Shown one piece after another: positions 30,641 to 41,050 of a stretch of 64,000 nt of DNA. The notes under the pieces were generated by a model. It made no database searches and was not told the origin of the DNA. It saw nothing but the letters and a program-made list of their open reading frames with translations. The DNA is from Minisyncoccota bacterium (GTDB lineage: Bacteria > Patescibacteriota > Minisyncoccia > 2-02-FULL-40-12 > IGHO2-01-FULL-4-A). A program made the translations under genes and the position numbers. How positions within the stretch are numbered: position 1 is the first letter of the stretch; each line of letters starts with the position of its first letter. Location of the stretch: the NCBI GenBank assembly GCA_036517175.1, contig DATDXQ010000028.1, positions 2,113 through 66,112 of the forward strand. The letters run 5' to 3'.

Positions 30641-32008
30641 TCACTTAGTTGGGACAACTCTATAAATTAGGCCCGCAGAGTCGTCAGAGATATATAAGGC
30701 ACCGTCAGGACCGAATTTGAGATCAACGGGTCTGCCGATTATAGCACCTTGCCCTGGACCAGCTTGTCCTGAGTCCGTCGAACGGGCCGAAGGGTCAAAA
30801 AATCCGGTTAAAAAATCCTCACCATCCTGATTTTTTGGCTGTTGCAGATTGCCATTTTTATCAAGATTAAACCTGACAATCTTATAACCTACGGGCTCAC
30901 TCCTGTTCCATGAACCATGATAGGCAACTAGCAGATCACCAGCCCACCCACCAGGCCATTTATTTGAATCAATAAACGCCAGGCCCAGCGGCGCAGAATG
31001 TGCCGGTATTTCTATCAGGGGTGCTTCTGTCTGACTGCAATCGGCTGATATATCGACTCGGTCTACCTTGGTCGGATTGAATGTCTTGTCTCTAATCTTG
31101 TCGCCATAGCAAAAAGGCCAGCCATAACGACGAGCTCCGAACTTGTGCTCTTCGGTCGCAACCTTTACGATATTTATTTCATCAGGGGGCAGTTCATCAC
31201 CAAGATTATCGCGCCCCATATCAGTCGCCCAAATCTCATCTGTTTCGGGATGGAATGCAAAAAATACAGAATTCCTTAATCCACCAGCAAATTCTGCCGT
31301 ATACTTACCTTCCGGATCTGACTCTAAAATGCTTGCCCTCTTCCATGTTTCAGTTTCCACGCAAACATCACACGATGAGCCAACACTTATATAAAGCTTC
31401 ATCGGAACCTGCGTATCCACCTCACTTTTGCCACCTATAATCTGTTCTTCACGAAAATTGCGCCCGAAAGCGATAGTCCTAGTAAAATGCATACCGTCAG
31501 CCGGTAGGTTAGCTATGTTCTTGCCAATCGTATTCATTAAGGTTCCCTTCGACACGTCATACTCAAAGCGTGAGACTTGATAAGTTTCAGCCACGTAAAG
31601 ATAAACTTTTTTAGTCTTGGGATCAGTGTAAAAAGCCAATCCATGCGGAGACTTGCGGTTTTCCAGTATCACTGTTTTCTTTTCAGCCAAGCCGTCGTTA
31701 TCAGCGTCTGTAAGGGATACGACCCGCCCAGCCTTAGTTTCACTTACAAACATTCTGCCCTTAGAATCAAAGGCGATGACCCTGGGATTGATAAGATTAT
31801 CAGCAAAAACCGAGATGGAGAATCCAGGAGGAAGAGTCAGAAAATCAAGCTTACCATCCGCACTTGGAGACGGCGTAGATGTAGTCTTCGGAACATTATA
31901 TCCGGCTATTTTTTTAAGAACCAGGGAGTCAGTCACGAAAAAATATGTTCCCACAATCAAAACCGCCAAAAACAAAACAGCATAAATCTTGTTAATCTTG
32001 ATCTTCAT
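30641..32008 (-). CDS. Membrane-anchored glucose/sorbosone dehydrogenase family beta-propeller
   Basis: LPPGF, PHGLAF, SVGSSC, GLRN, PPDEIN, YGWP, AHSAPLG, HGSWNR, GRPVD..DGALYISDD. Confidence 0.9.
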   Translation of the reverse strand: MKIKINKIYAVLFLAVLIVGTYFFVTDSLVLKKIAGYNVPKTTSTPSPSADGKLDFLTLPPGFSISVFADNLINPRVIAFDSKGRMFVSETKAGRVVSLTDADNDGLAEKKTVILENRKSPHGLAFYTDPKTKKVYLYVAETYQVSRFEYDVSKGTLMNTIGKNIANLPADGMHFTRTIAFGRNFREEQIIGGKSEVDTQVPMKLYISVGSSCDVCVETETWKRASILESDPEGKYTAEFAGGLRNSVFFAFHPETDEIWATDMGRDNLGDELPPDEINIVKVATEEHKFGARRYGWPFCYGDKIRDKTFNPTKVDRVDISADCSQTEAPLIEIPAHSAPLGLAFIDSNKWPGGWAGDLLVAYHGSWNRSEPVGYKIVRFNLDKNGNLQQPKNQDGEDFLTGFFDPSARSTDSGQAGPGQGAIIGRPVDLKFGPDGALYISDDSAGLIYRVVPTK

Positions 32009-32009
32009 A

Positions 32010-32573
32010 TTAATATTTTAACTCCACAGGAATCTGGCCGGTACAGGAAGATTCTTTGATTTCTAGATTCCTATTTATAAAGACTCCGTAGGTAACCTTA
32101 GCGGTCAAAATATAGTTTTTGGATTTAGGACTATCCGGTAAACTCACCGTTAAGTCTTCCATGCCATCGGGCAACGGAAGATTAGCAAAAATATTCGGAC
32201 CTACTGACAAATTATCATCGGGAGATATAGTCCAAAAAATAAGTCTGGCTATGCTGTCAATATTTTTATAAATAATATTGGCATCCTTATTCTCGTATAA
32301 CTTGGGCGAAATGAACACAATACTGCCTGTCAATTGGCATTCTGCTGGTGGATATTTGTTCATGGCATCTGGTGTTTGAGTAACTTGAGAGGTCGGGAGC
32401 GGAGTCACTGTCACAGAAGTAGTCGCGCTAGGTTCTGCGGTAACGGTGGGGGTAGGGACCTCGCCAGGCTCTTGGACTCTCAGTTTTGAAAAATATAAAA
32501 ACAAAACTAAAGCAGCGCCAACCGCCAAAACCACTAGCAATATTATAGTTTTTTTAGTAATCATATTAATCAA
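32010..32573 (-). CDS. Membrane-anchored hypothetical protein with Thr/Pro-rich linker
   Basis: N-terminal TM helix, PTPTVTAEPSATTSVTVTP. Confidence 0.7.
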   Translation of the reverse strand: MINMITKKTIILLVVLAVGAALVLFLYFSKLRVQEPGEVPTPTVTAEPSATTSVTVTPLPTSQVTQTPDAMNKYPPAECQLTGSIVFISPKLYENKDANIIYKNIDSIARLIFWTISPDDNLSVGPNIFANLPLPDGMEDLTVSLPDSPKSKNYILTAKVTYGVFINRNLEIKESSCTGQIPVELKY

Positions 32574-32581
32574 ATTATTGA

Positions 32582-34351
32582 CTATTTTAGTCTCTTAATC
32601 AAGTCTTCAATCAACCGTCCGGCTTCTGGATCATTCCCCACCACCTCAAGGCCCAGATTAAGATTTTCAATGGCAGATTTGTGATTATTTATAGCCAAAT
32701 ATAACAATGCGGCATTATAATAGACTCTCGGATCATTAGATCTCAGCCTTTTTAGAATCTCGGCGTATTCTATTGCTTTGGTTAAATCGCCTTGATTGGC
32801 ATAAATAACCACCAAATTTTGATAGGAATAGTGGAAATTTGGATCAATCTCTATCGCCCTTTCAAATTCTTTGATGGCACCAAACATATCCCCCTCAGAT
32901 TGGAGTATGCCTCCAATGTTGAAATGGGGCTGGGGGAAAACATCCTCCACCGCGGCTGATTTCATATAATACTTGCGTGCAAGTTCTTTATCTCCCTGAT
33001 TGAAATACAAATTTCCCAAATTATTATTTACTCGAGCACTCTGTGGTTCATATTTCAAAATATCTTTAAAAAATTCAATCGGTTTGCCCCAAAGAATATT
33101 GCGCCTTATGGCTTGATAACCGAAAAATGAAAAATAAATAACCAACAAAGCAGAAAGTACGAAATAGAGAGTAGGAAGTTTTTTAGATTTTAATAAATCA
33201 AACATTTTTAGCAAATAAAATGAGATAACAAACCAGAATCCTACCATGGGCAGGTAGAGCCAATGTTCATACATGACGGCGTTGATCGGCACAATGCCGG
33301 AAACCGGACTAAGACCGACAAAAAACCAGCCTACCCCCAATAGCCAAATCTTATACGTCCTGTCCCCTGCCCTATACAATCGCCAAACTTGCCACATGAT
33401 GCCCACGGTTATCATAACCCCAAACCAAACCGGCCATTGAAACAAAGAAGTATGCACTGTCACACTTCTTTCCATATGCAGACCGACTGGCACGAACAAC
33501 AGCCGTATGTAATCAACAAGAACATGCATGAAAGTCATTATCCGATACCACAGATTTTCTGAATACAGATTCGGCGCGGTGTAAAAGTTGAGGGTATTCT
33601 GGAAATTAAGGACTGTGAGTCGCAGGATGCCGTAAATTATGACTACCCCGAAATACAACCACGCCTCTTTTAGGGCTTTTTTAATTGAGATTAAAAATTT
33701 ATCAGTAGAAATAAACGCAATGTAAAAAACCACCAAAAGAAACGGAAATATAATACCAGTTTCCCTGCTTAATATACCGATAGCCGCTGAGGCCAAAGAT
33801 ATAAATTTGTATATCAAAGACTTAGACGGATTATCTTTTGATTTAATAAATAGAAACAGGGCCAAAAACATAAAAAACACGACCAGTGAATCACCCCGGC
33901 CGGCAATATATGTTACGGCTTCGGTTTGAAGAGGATGAATAGTAAAAATAAAAGCCGTCAGAAAAGCCACAAGATTAGACCTTTTTGAAGATCCGAGGTC
34001 GAATCTTTTAAGCAGAAAAAAAACTAAGACTGCGTTAGCTATATGTATTAAATTGCTTGTGAGGTGCCAAAATATGGGCTGTATTCCTGATGCTACATAA
34101 TTGATGGCGAAAGTTAAAAATAGAAACGGCCGGTAGTAATTGCTATCCAAGCCCACTCCAGCGAGAGTATTATGACTGAACCAAAACTTAAGGTTATTCC
34201 AGGTTATATCATGTACAAAGACATTGTTTATTATCCAATCATCGTCATCCCAAAAAAGAGGATTGTCCAAATTAAAGGCGTAAATAAAAAATCCAGCGGC
34301 AGCGAGAACTAGAATTGGCCAAAAACGGCGGAATAAATGAGAAATAAACAT
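32582..34351 (-). CDS. TMTC-like GT-C protein O-glycosyltransferase with TPR repeats
   Basis: WDD, YYRP, HPLQTEAVTYIAGR, SRE, EHWLYLP, C-terminal TPRs (NNLG..Y). Confidence 0.85.
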   Translation of the reverse strand: MFISHLFRRFWPILVLAAAGFFIYAFNLDNPLFWDDDDWIINNVFVHDITWNNLKFWFSHNTLAGVGLDSNYYRPFLFLTFAINYVASGIQPIFWHLTSNLIHIANAVLVFFLLKRFDLGSSKRSNLVAFLTAFIFTIHPLQTEAVTYIAGRGDSLVVFFMFLALFLFIKSKDNPSKSLIYKFISLASAAIGILSRETGIIFPFLLVVFYIAFISTDKFLISIKKALKEAWLYFGVVIIYGILRLTVLNFQNTLNFYTAPNLYSENLWYRIMTFMHVLVDYIRLLFVPVGLHMERSVTVHTSLFQWPVWFGVMITVGIMWQVWRLYRAGDRTYKIWLLGVGWFFVGLSPVSGIVPINAVMYEHWLYLPMVGFWFVISFYLLKMFDLLKSKKLPTLYFVLSALLVIYFSFFGYQAIRRNILWGKPIEFFKDILKYEPQSARVNNNLGNLYFNQGDKELARKYYMKSAAVEDVFPQPHFNIGGILQSEGDMFGAIKEFERAIEIDPNFHYSYQNLVVIYANQGDLTKAIEYAEILKRLRSNDPRVYYNAALLYLAINNHKSAIENLNLGLEVVGNDPEAGRLIEDLIKRLK

Positions 34352-34389
34352 AACTAAAATGTATCAAAAAAAGGCCTGCCAAGCAAACC

Positions 34390-34417
34390 AAAACCCCACC
34401 ATTTGGTGGGGTTTTGT
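34390..34417. terminator. Intrinsic terminator downstream of the S-layer-like gene
   Basis: CAAAACCCCACC-ATTT-GGTGGGGTTTTG hairpin. Confidence 0.75.
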
Positions 34418-34491
34418 AATTTCTTGGCCAAGACCCGATGCAAGATCGGGAGTGCCAAATACTTGACTAAAGCCAGCTCAGCTGGTTAAAC

Positions 34492-37400
34492 CTAGAAACC
34501 ACTCGTGACAAAGGAGGTTCCGTTAAGCGGCAATGTCTTCAAGACATTTGCTACGTTTGCGGTTCCGATGTCAGTTACATCAGAGTTAGCTACCCAGTTA
34601 ACCTGACTAGCCTCATCACGCAATACCAATTGGAAGTAGTCGCCGTTTGTAGCGAATCCTGCAAATGTAGTAGTCGCGTAAATTGTCTTAGATGAACCAC
34701 CGGAGATCTCTAGATCCTGACCAGTGCCTGACGTACCGAAGCTCAACGAAGCCACCATATCAGTACCGGACTGTGCAGTCTCGAGAATATCTGTTCCATA
34801 GGTTACGTTGTCATCAGCACCTAAGAATGTCAATGTCATATTGGCATTCGTCTGACCAGAAGCCACTGTGTCGAATAGTATGGATCCGGAAGAATTGATA
34901 ACGCCTCCGTCGAATAATAGCTTCGAGTCGGCAAGACCAACGGCCTCAATAGTAAACCTAAGTACTTCTTTATTACCACCGATGGCATTACCACCACTTG
35001 AAGCGCTCAAGTTGGTAAACTTAGGAAATACTCTATAGGCATACATATTGTTGCCTGCCCTGTTTACAATATCCGCGTCTGTTCCGCTCGTTACCGTTCC
35101 GGATTCACCGACTGACCTAAACTCGTTAGCTCCGCCACCAGAGAAGTCGATGGAGAAGTTCACGGCATTAGTCGCACCCTCTGCCTTGGTCTTCATATCG
35201 GCCTTAACTGTCACGTCCAATGAACTGTCAGCAGGTACATATGGTCGGTTATCTCCCGTCCATGCAAATGATACCGAAGCCTTAGTGTCAAATACACCTT
35301 CGCTCGTTATCGTGGCTCCCGCTTTGTTCTTGTAGGTCAAATAGACCTTCTCAACATTGGCAATCACATCAGCGATTGTATCGCCAGTTTGCAAAGTTAC
35401 CTCTTCCAGATACTGACCCTCGTCAGTTGCTGTAAATCTGAATTTGGAAAACTCGGCACCGTTCTGGCCCCAATATACTCCAGCCTTGGCAGTAGTTGCC
35501 GGAGCGGCAGCCACCGTAAGATTACCAGAATTCTTAACAGTCAAGACAACTGTCGGCGTGACACCCCCGTTAGGACTGTTGTTGCCATTATTAACGGTGT
35601 TGTTGGAATCATCTATGGCCGTAACATCAGTTGCGCCATCGATATCGAAAGAATATCCGTCTCCCTCTGAACCTGATGCTGTGTTATTTGAGAGATTGGC
35701 CTTAACCAATAAGGTCCTTGTCTCACCAGCAGCAAGCATCCAGTTCAAATTACTGAACTTAATAGTACCAGTGTTGATTACGCTTAAATTATTGCTATTT
35801 GGGGTGTTGGAAATCAAAGCGCCAGTTCCACCGTCATAGATTGCTACGCTGCTAACAGCATTGGCAATAGATACCCCAGCATTGCTAGTATCAACACCTT
35901 CATTCTGAGTTCCTGTAAGAGCTCCGTCCGTACCGTCTTCAACATAACCAGTTAAGGTAATATCAGTAACTTTTAATCCAGAACCTTGAGCTGCGGCAAA
36001 TGTTATGCCTACGAATTCAGCTCCGTTAGTTCCCTTGATATAGGTCCTGTCTGTCGGTGAAGCTGCTAGACCTAAGGTCAAAGATGAACCCTTTAAGGTA
36101 ATGTTAGAACCGGATATATCTGAGTTAGGAACAACATCAGTAGTAGCAACCGCTGTGTTGGTTCCTGAGTACTTCATTACAGTTACGTCAGCTCCTGGAT
36201 AAGAATCAAGAACCATTCTGACTACGCTGTTAGCGTCTAGGTCAGCGGTACCGGTATCATCAACGGCATCACCATCAAAGTCAGCTGTAACCTTGAAGTT
36301 GTATGTTTGGCCGGCAGACAAATCAATCACATCTGTAAATGTATTCTTAGCTCCGTCAACATTGTCCGGACATGAAACATCATCGGCTTCATTAAATGCA
36401 GATCCGTCAACCGGACCCATCACAACCTGGCCAGAGTCCTCATTAATAACTTTAACGTCAAGGACATCAGCACTCAAACCGTTGGTTGTATCTTCTACTG
36501 CTGCATAAGTTCCATTTCCATCATCGTCGGAACAGAATACCAATTCCGTCTTACGAACCTCAATGTTGCTTACGGCAGTCATTGAGAATCGGAGAAGGGT
36601 AACATCTGTAGAATTGGTGGCAATATTAGTGGCGTTCGGACCATTATAAGCGATTGTCAAAACTCCACCTTGTAGGGTTAGGTCAGTGACATCGCTAGCC
36701 GCATCTATATCCGTATCGGTAACAGCCATACCTTGGCCGTACTGATCTCCAACAGCATAGGTGTCGGCATCATTTTCAAAGTAAAAGTCAATTGTCTCAG
36801 ACTTCTTGCCAGCTAGGTCAGCCCACACCTTGAATATGGCATTTCCTCCCTTGATAATGGTAAATCCTGAACCAAGATCAAACACGGCATAACCGTCAGA
36901 AGTCATACTACCAGACCATGTGCTGGTACCGCTTGTTAACTTAAGATTGGTCATATCGCTAGGCTTGATTGTTCCACCATTGATTAAAGTCAGTCTCTTC
37001 ACGCTGGCAGCTTCTGTGTTGGCAGTAATTTTGAATTCAGAAACCTGCGCAGCTTTTTGACCAACAGTCGGGTTAGACAATGAACCTGACCTGACAAGTG
37101 TTACTCCACCAGATGAAGCTCCGGAACTGGAAACATTATTTCCATTCAAAGGTAAACCGGATACGGTGCCCGAAGCGGACACACTCAATAATTGCATGAA
37201 GTTAACATTGCCAGCTGTATTAGCGGCAGCCATGTCAGCGATAACTGAAAGGTCCTTCCATCCACTTACCGGAACATTCAGCAAGAATGTGACCTCACCA
37301 TTTGAAGATGAGAACGTCTTACCAGAAACTAATCTCTTTGCGCCATCATATATGTAGACGTTGGCAAAGTCATCAGTTTGACCGGCACCCAGTCTCTTAA

Positions 37401-38109
37401 CTGTCATACCAGTGATTGTTCCGCTACCGGAAAATCTAACTTTCAAGAACTCAACACCTGTTGCATTCAGTGTGATCGTCTTAGCTAATGGACTATCAGG
37501 AGCTAAAACAACAGACAATGGACCGGTTGCAACCGGAGTTGAACCTGGAGTCCTGGAATAGTTAGGGACCTGGTTTACTGAAGTGTAATTAGATCCTTTG
37601 GCATACCAATTGAACTCATTGTTGTTGATACAGAAAACTTTCTTGAAGAAATTGGCGTCATCAGCAACAGCCTGTGAGCCTGTTGTGTTAACCCAGTGGA
37701 GCATACCGACATCTTCACCGGTAGTCTCAACACCATAAACTTTCTCATCATTGGCTTCACAATTTCTGAACAAACCGGAAGTGCCGAAAGCATCTCTGGT
37801 TGCAGGTGAGACATTCTTAACAGCCGCGAAGCCGCCAAGGTGTCCATAGAAGCCGAATATTGCAGGGTTCAAGAACAATCTCTTGTAACCGTGCTCATTA
37901 ACAATATATACATCTGGATCGTCAGAACCGGCGGCGCTTACAACGTCACCCTCTTTCAATCCATAATCGCTAGGAGCTACAGCTGAGGCATTATTCACAC
38001 CAAAGAAGTAGACAAAACCTGCGACTAGCAACATCGCTGTTGCTATAGCAACAATCGTGGAAACATTTTTAAGTTCCCCGATGCCACCATAAGTCGTAGC
38101 TTTACTCAT
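34492..38109 (-). CDS. Large secreted S-layer-like protein (1205 aa)
   Basis: Signal peptide, DPDVY/DEKVY N-terminal modules, G/S/T/D/N-rich repeated beta-sandwich-like blocks, long upstream region. Confidence 0.75.
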   Translation of the reverse strand: MSKATTYGGIGELKNVSTIVAIATAMLLVAGFVYFFGVNNASAVAPSDYGLKEGDVVSAAGSDDPDVYIVNEHGYKRLFLNPAIFGFYGHLGGFAAVKNVSPATRDAFGTSGLFRNCEANDEKVYGVETTGEDVGMLHWVNTTGSQAVADDANFFKKVFCINNNEFNWYAKGSNYTSVNQVPNYSRTPGSTPVATGPLSVVLAPDSPLAKTITLNATGVEFLKVRFSGSGTITGMTVKRLGAGQTDDFANVYIYDGAKRLVSGKTFSSSNGEVTFLLNVPVSGWKDLSVIADMAAANTAGNVNFMQLLSVSASGTVSGLPLNGNNVSSSGASSGGVTLVRSGSLSNPTVGQKAAQVSEFKITANTEAASVKRLTLINGGTIKPSDMTNLKLTSGTSTWSGSMTSDGYAVFDLGSGFTIIKGGNAIFKVWADLAGKKSETIDFYFENDADTYAVGDQYGQGMAVTDTDIDAASDVTDLTLQGGVLTIAYNGPNATNIATNSTDVTLLRFSMTAVSNIEVRKTELVFCSDDDGNGTYAAVEDTTNGLSADVLDVKVINEDSGQVVMGPVDGSAFNEADDVSCPDNVDGAKNTFTDVIDLSAGQTYNFKVTADFDGDAVDDTGTADLDANSVVRMVLDSYPGADVTVMKYSGTNTAVATTDVVPNSDISGSNITLKGSSLTLGLAASPTDRTYIKGTNGAEFVGITFAAAQGSGLKVTDITLTGYVEDGTDGALTGTQNEGVDTSNAGVSIANAVSSVAIYDGGTGALISNTPNSNNLSVINTGTIKFSNLNWMLAAGETRTLLVKANLSNNTASGSEGDGYSFDIDGATDVTAIDDSNNTVNNGNNSPNGGVTPTVVLTVKNSGNLTVAAAPATTAKAGVYWGQNGAEFSKFRFTATDEGQYLEEVTLQTGDTIADVIANVEKVYLTYKNKAGATITSEGVFDTKASVSFAWTGDNRPYVPADSSLDVTVKADMKTKAEGATNAVNFSIDFSGGGANEFRSVGESGTVTSGTDADIVNRAGNNMYAYRVFPKFTNLSASSGGNAIGGNKEVLRFTIEAVGLADSKLLFDGGVINSSGSILFDTVASGQTNANMTLTFLGADDNVTYGTDILETAQSGTDMVASLSFGTSGTGQDLEISGGSSKTIYATTTFAGFATNGDYFQLVLRDEASQVNWVANSDVTDIGTANVANVLKTLPLNGTSFVTSGF

Positions 38110-39181
38110 GTTTTAATTTATTTTGATTCACCAACGCCCTGTCTAAAGACCGGGAATTGATGAGTTATTAATTTTAGAAGCAGAAACAAATACGATAACC
38201 GAATCTTAATTTCCTAATGCAATTTGAATATTGCAACTCGAGAGATGCATTCGACCACAAGTCTCAAGTTACATTGCAAATACTCGACCCACATAAAATT
38301 CGCTTATCACAACATAACAATAATTAACAATAATATTTTCTAATATTCTTGCGGCAATTTAAATCTTCTTGAAGCAACATGTTTATTAATTTTCAAAGTC
38401 CATTCCTATTGCCTTCCAATGACAGAAGCCTAAACCCTTAAAAATAATGGCAAGCATCTAACATCAGAATACAATCAATCAATATGATAACACTCCTTCT
38501 CAAAAACAACAAAGCAACCAAAATGGCTATTTCCAAAAGGTTGCATAGTGATTCAAGAATATCATATTTTCCTGTTATTTTTATATAAAATTGACTCTCT
38601 AGTGACATCTAACAGGGTTGCACTAATCTTATCAAAAGTGGCCCTAAAGGTCAACTTATAACTAAAAATAATAGCCAACCAGCAGCTACCAATAATTTTT
38701 AAATTTAACTTATCTAAATGGTAATGCGCTAGTTCATTTACAATTATAAACGATACTTATTAAGTCACAAGCTTTTCTGTGGATAAATTAGCAATATTTT
38801 TATAATTTTAAACAACATTGCAGCAATAAAATAGGGTGTGTTAATGTACTAAAATAAAATATACATGCTGATATATACAAGAATAGCGATCAATATTGTT
38901 TAACAAAAATAGTATATGTAGTTATTCGGAATAAACTATAAAAATAGCCTGGAGATAAATACGTTACTTAAATTGAGCTAATTTAAGCACTAAAGCTATT
39001 TAATAGATAGTTAGATAGCTTTAGTAATTTAACTTAATTATCAATTTAATCATGCCACGATGGTGTCACGATGATGTCGTAAACATTGTCATCATGCTGA
39101 CACCATTATCACCGTGACAAAAATTAAGCAACATCATTACTTTTAAAAAAAGATCGCTTAAATTAGCGACCTTGATACAGC

Positions 39182-41041
39182 TCAGTTATTACTTAGGACA
39201 AATATTTCCTGATTTGAGTCTTCATTCCTATTACTAGGATTTGATATTGATTGGAATACTATCTTATCGCCCCATCCATTCATTGATGGTAGCAATGTTC
39301 TAAGATTAACACTTACTTGTTGAATGACCTGTGTCTTAAAATTTATAATAAAAATATTTTCTAATGAGTGGTACATAAATAACGAACCGTCAAAAGATAG
39401 ATCTATCGCCTGCGAACCTATAAAATTATTCGTCTTAAAAACATTTAGATATTCACCGTCTCCATTGTAAATAAATACCGAACCAGAATCAGAACCTGAG
39501 GTAGTTACTACAGTTGACCCGTCATCACTAATTGCTTGTGAATATATTTCATAATTATTAGGTTTTATTTCCCTAAAATTTGTTCCGTCTTTGTTTATTA
39601 TTGCTAAACGCCTGGAAATAGAATCTGATGTTTTGGGAATACTCAACGCCCTTGAAAAAAGAAAGGTTATTTTATTTCCATCTCCACTTATTCCTGGAAC
39701 AAATGATCCGTCACCAGAATTATTACAACAAAACTCAATAAGCATCTTCTGGTTGGCTCCGTCTGGATTAACAGTATAGATTCTTTTACTACCATAATAT
39801 TCTGGGAAAGAAGTATAAACTATCGTAGAGCCGTCGCTAGACATAGCCACACCAGCAACTATTCCGAAGGTTGGTATTTGCCTTAAGTTGGTGCCATCTG
39901 TGTTGGAAATAAAAATTCCAGGCAAGTCAGAAAAGGATCTCTTGGCTATGAAAGCCACTTTCTTACCATAAGCATCTAGCTCTGGTGGTTGACCAACAAA
40001 ATCAAATATGAGTTCCTCACCTATCCGGGTCAGTCCAGTTCCGTTAGATTTAATTACAAACAAAGCCCTCGCCATGGACTGATTGAGGCCTTGCAAGTTA
40101 GCATCTGAAACAAAGGCGACCCTACTACCATCCCTACTTATTGTAGGTGAAAAATTTTGAGAAGGCAGCTTGGTATCTGTTAATTGTAATATTTGGGGCT
40201 GTGGGTAACCAGTAATTTCAGCTATTATCTGGTCAAGAATTTTTGGTCCGCTTACAGGACCGGCTAGATATGAGTTAACAAACGAGTGGCACTCGACTGG
40301 CTTACCACAATCAAAATATGGAACATTGCTAACATTGGCAGGCATCGCCCTGATGTTTACGGGAAAAGAATTTATAACACCGTCCTCAATAATTGTAGTA
40401 TGGGTATATGGAGAATTTGAGCCCGAAACATAACTCGAAGGTGACCCAACAGAAACGATGGAAAAGGTATTATCGTTTTCAGCACTTGGGGTTCCATATA
40501 TATAACTGTAAGCTGCATTGGCATAGAAATTTCCCTGAGAATGAGCGACCACTATGCTTTTATTGCCGGCTCTTTTTTCTTTAACATAATGTAGTACGTG
40601 CTCTCTTAGATCGTTATCTACAATGTAAGAAAATTCATCATTTAATTTCGCCTGTTCAGATGCAAAATCCTGTAGAGCATCTGGGATTATCTGCAAGCTG
40701 GACAGCCATCGCCATAAAATTGACATGTCTTCACCAACAAGTTGGGCCATGGCTTCAAGTAAATCTAGTTTTACCTTTTCTTTTGAATTATATGCCAGGG
40801 CGAATTTTAGACATTCAAATTTTACAGGACTATGAATCTCCTCCAACCGAGACCTCAGCCTTGTCTCTAAACCATTGGGGCTTATTTCTCCCAATTCCTG
40901 TTCGCGAGCGTCCTCTCTGCTTACAAACATACCATTACCAAAGAAAATTGTTGTTACCTTGTCAGGACACTGGCAAAACAATGCTCCGCTGAAAATAAAA
41001 GAGGCCAAGAAAATGCCTCTGATTCTTGATGTCTTCGTCAT
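39182..41041 (-). CDS. Secreted alpha/beta-hydrolase (AHSQG) fused to a TolB-like beta-propeller
   Basis: FFGNGM, VAHSQGNFYAN, CHSF..SYL; C-terminal PTISRDG/ISGDG repeats. Confidence 0.75.
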   Translation of the reverse strand: MTKTSRIRGIFLASFIFSGALFCQCPDKVTTIFFGNGMFVSREDAREQELGEISPNGLETRLRSRLEEIHSPVKFECLKFALAYNSKEKVKLDLLEAMAQLVGEDMSILWRWLSSLQIIPDALQDFASEQAKLNDEFSYIVDNDLREHVLHYVKEKRAGNKSIVVAHSQGNFYANAAYSYIYGTPSAENDNTFSIVSVGSPSSYVSGSNSPYTHTTIIEDGVINSFPVNIRAMPANVSNVPYFDCGKPVECHSFVNSYLAGPVSGPKILDQIIAEITGYPQPQILQLTDTKLPSQNFSPTISRDGSRVAFVSDANLQGLNQSMARALFVIKSNGTGLTRIGEELIFDFVGQPPELDAYGKKVAFIAKRSFSDLPGIFISNTDGTNLRQIPTFGIVAGVAMSSDGSTIVYTSFPEYYGSKRIYTVNPDGANQKMLIEFCCNNSGDGSFVPGISGDGNKITFLFSRALSIPKTSDSISRRLAIINKDGTNFREIKPNNYEIYSQAISDDGSTVVTTSGSDSGSVFIYNGDGEYLNVFKTNNFIGSQAIDLSFDGSLFMYHSLENIFIINFKTQVIQQVSVNLRTLLPSMNGWGDKIVFQSISNPSNRNEDSNQEIFVLSNN

Positions 41042-41050
41042 GCAGACCTC

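Noticed and set aside
830-37847. Many short antisense ORFs in the track overlapping long genes
   Set aside because: Shadow frames of well-supported CDSs with no motifs of their own
38700-39050. Replication origin
   Set aside because: Only one perfect DnaA box was seen, with no dnaA/dnaN nearby; isolated boxes also occur at about 25117, 29723, 45150 and 63774
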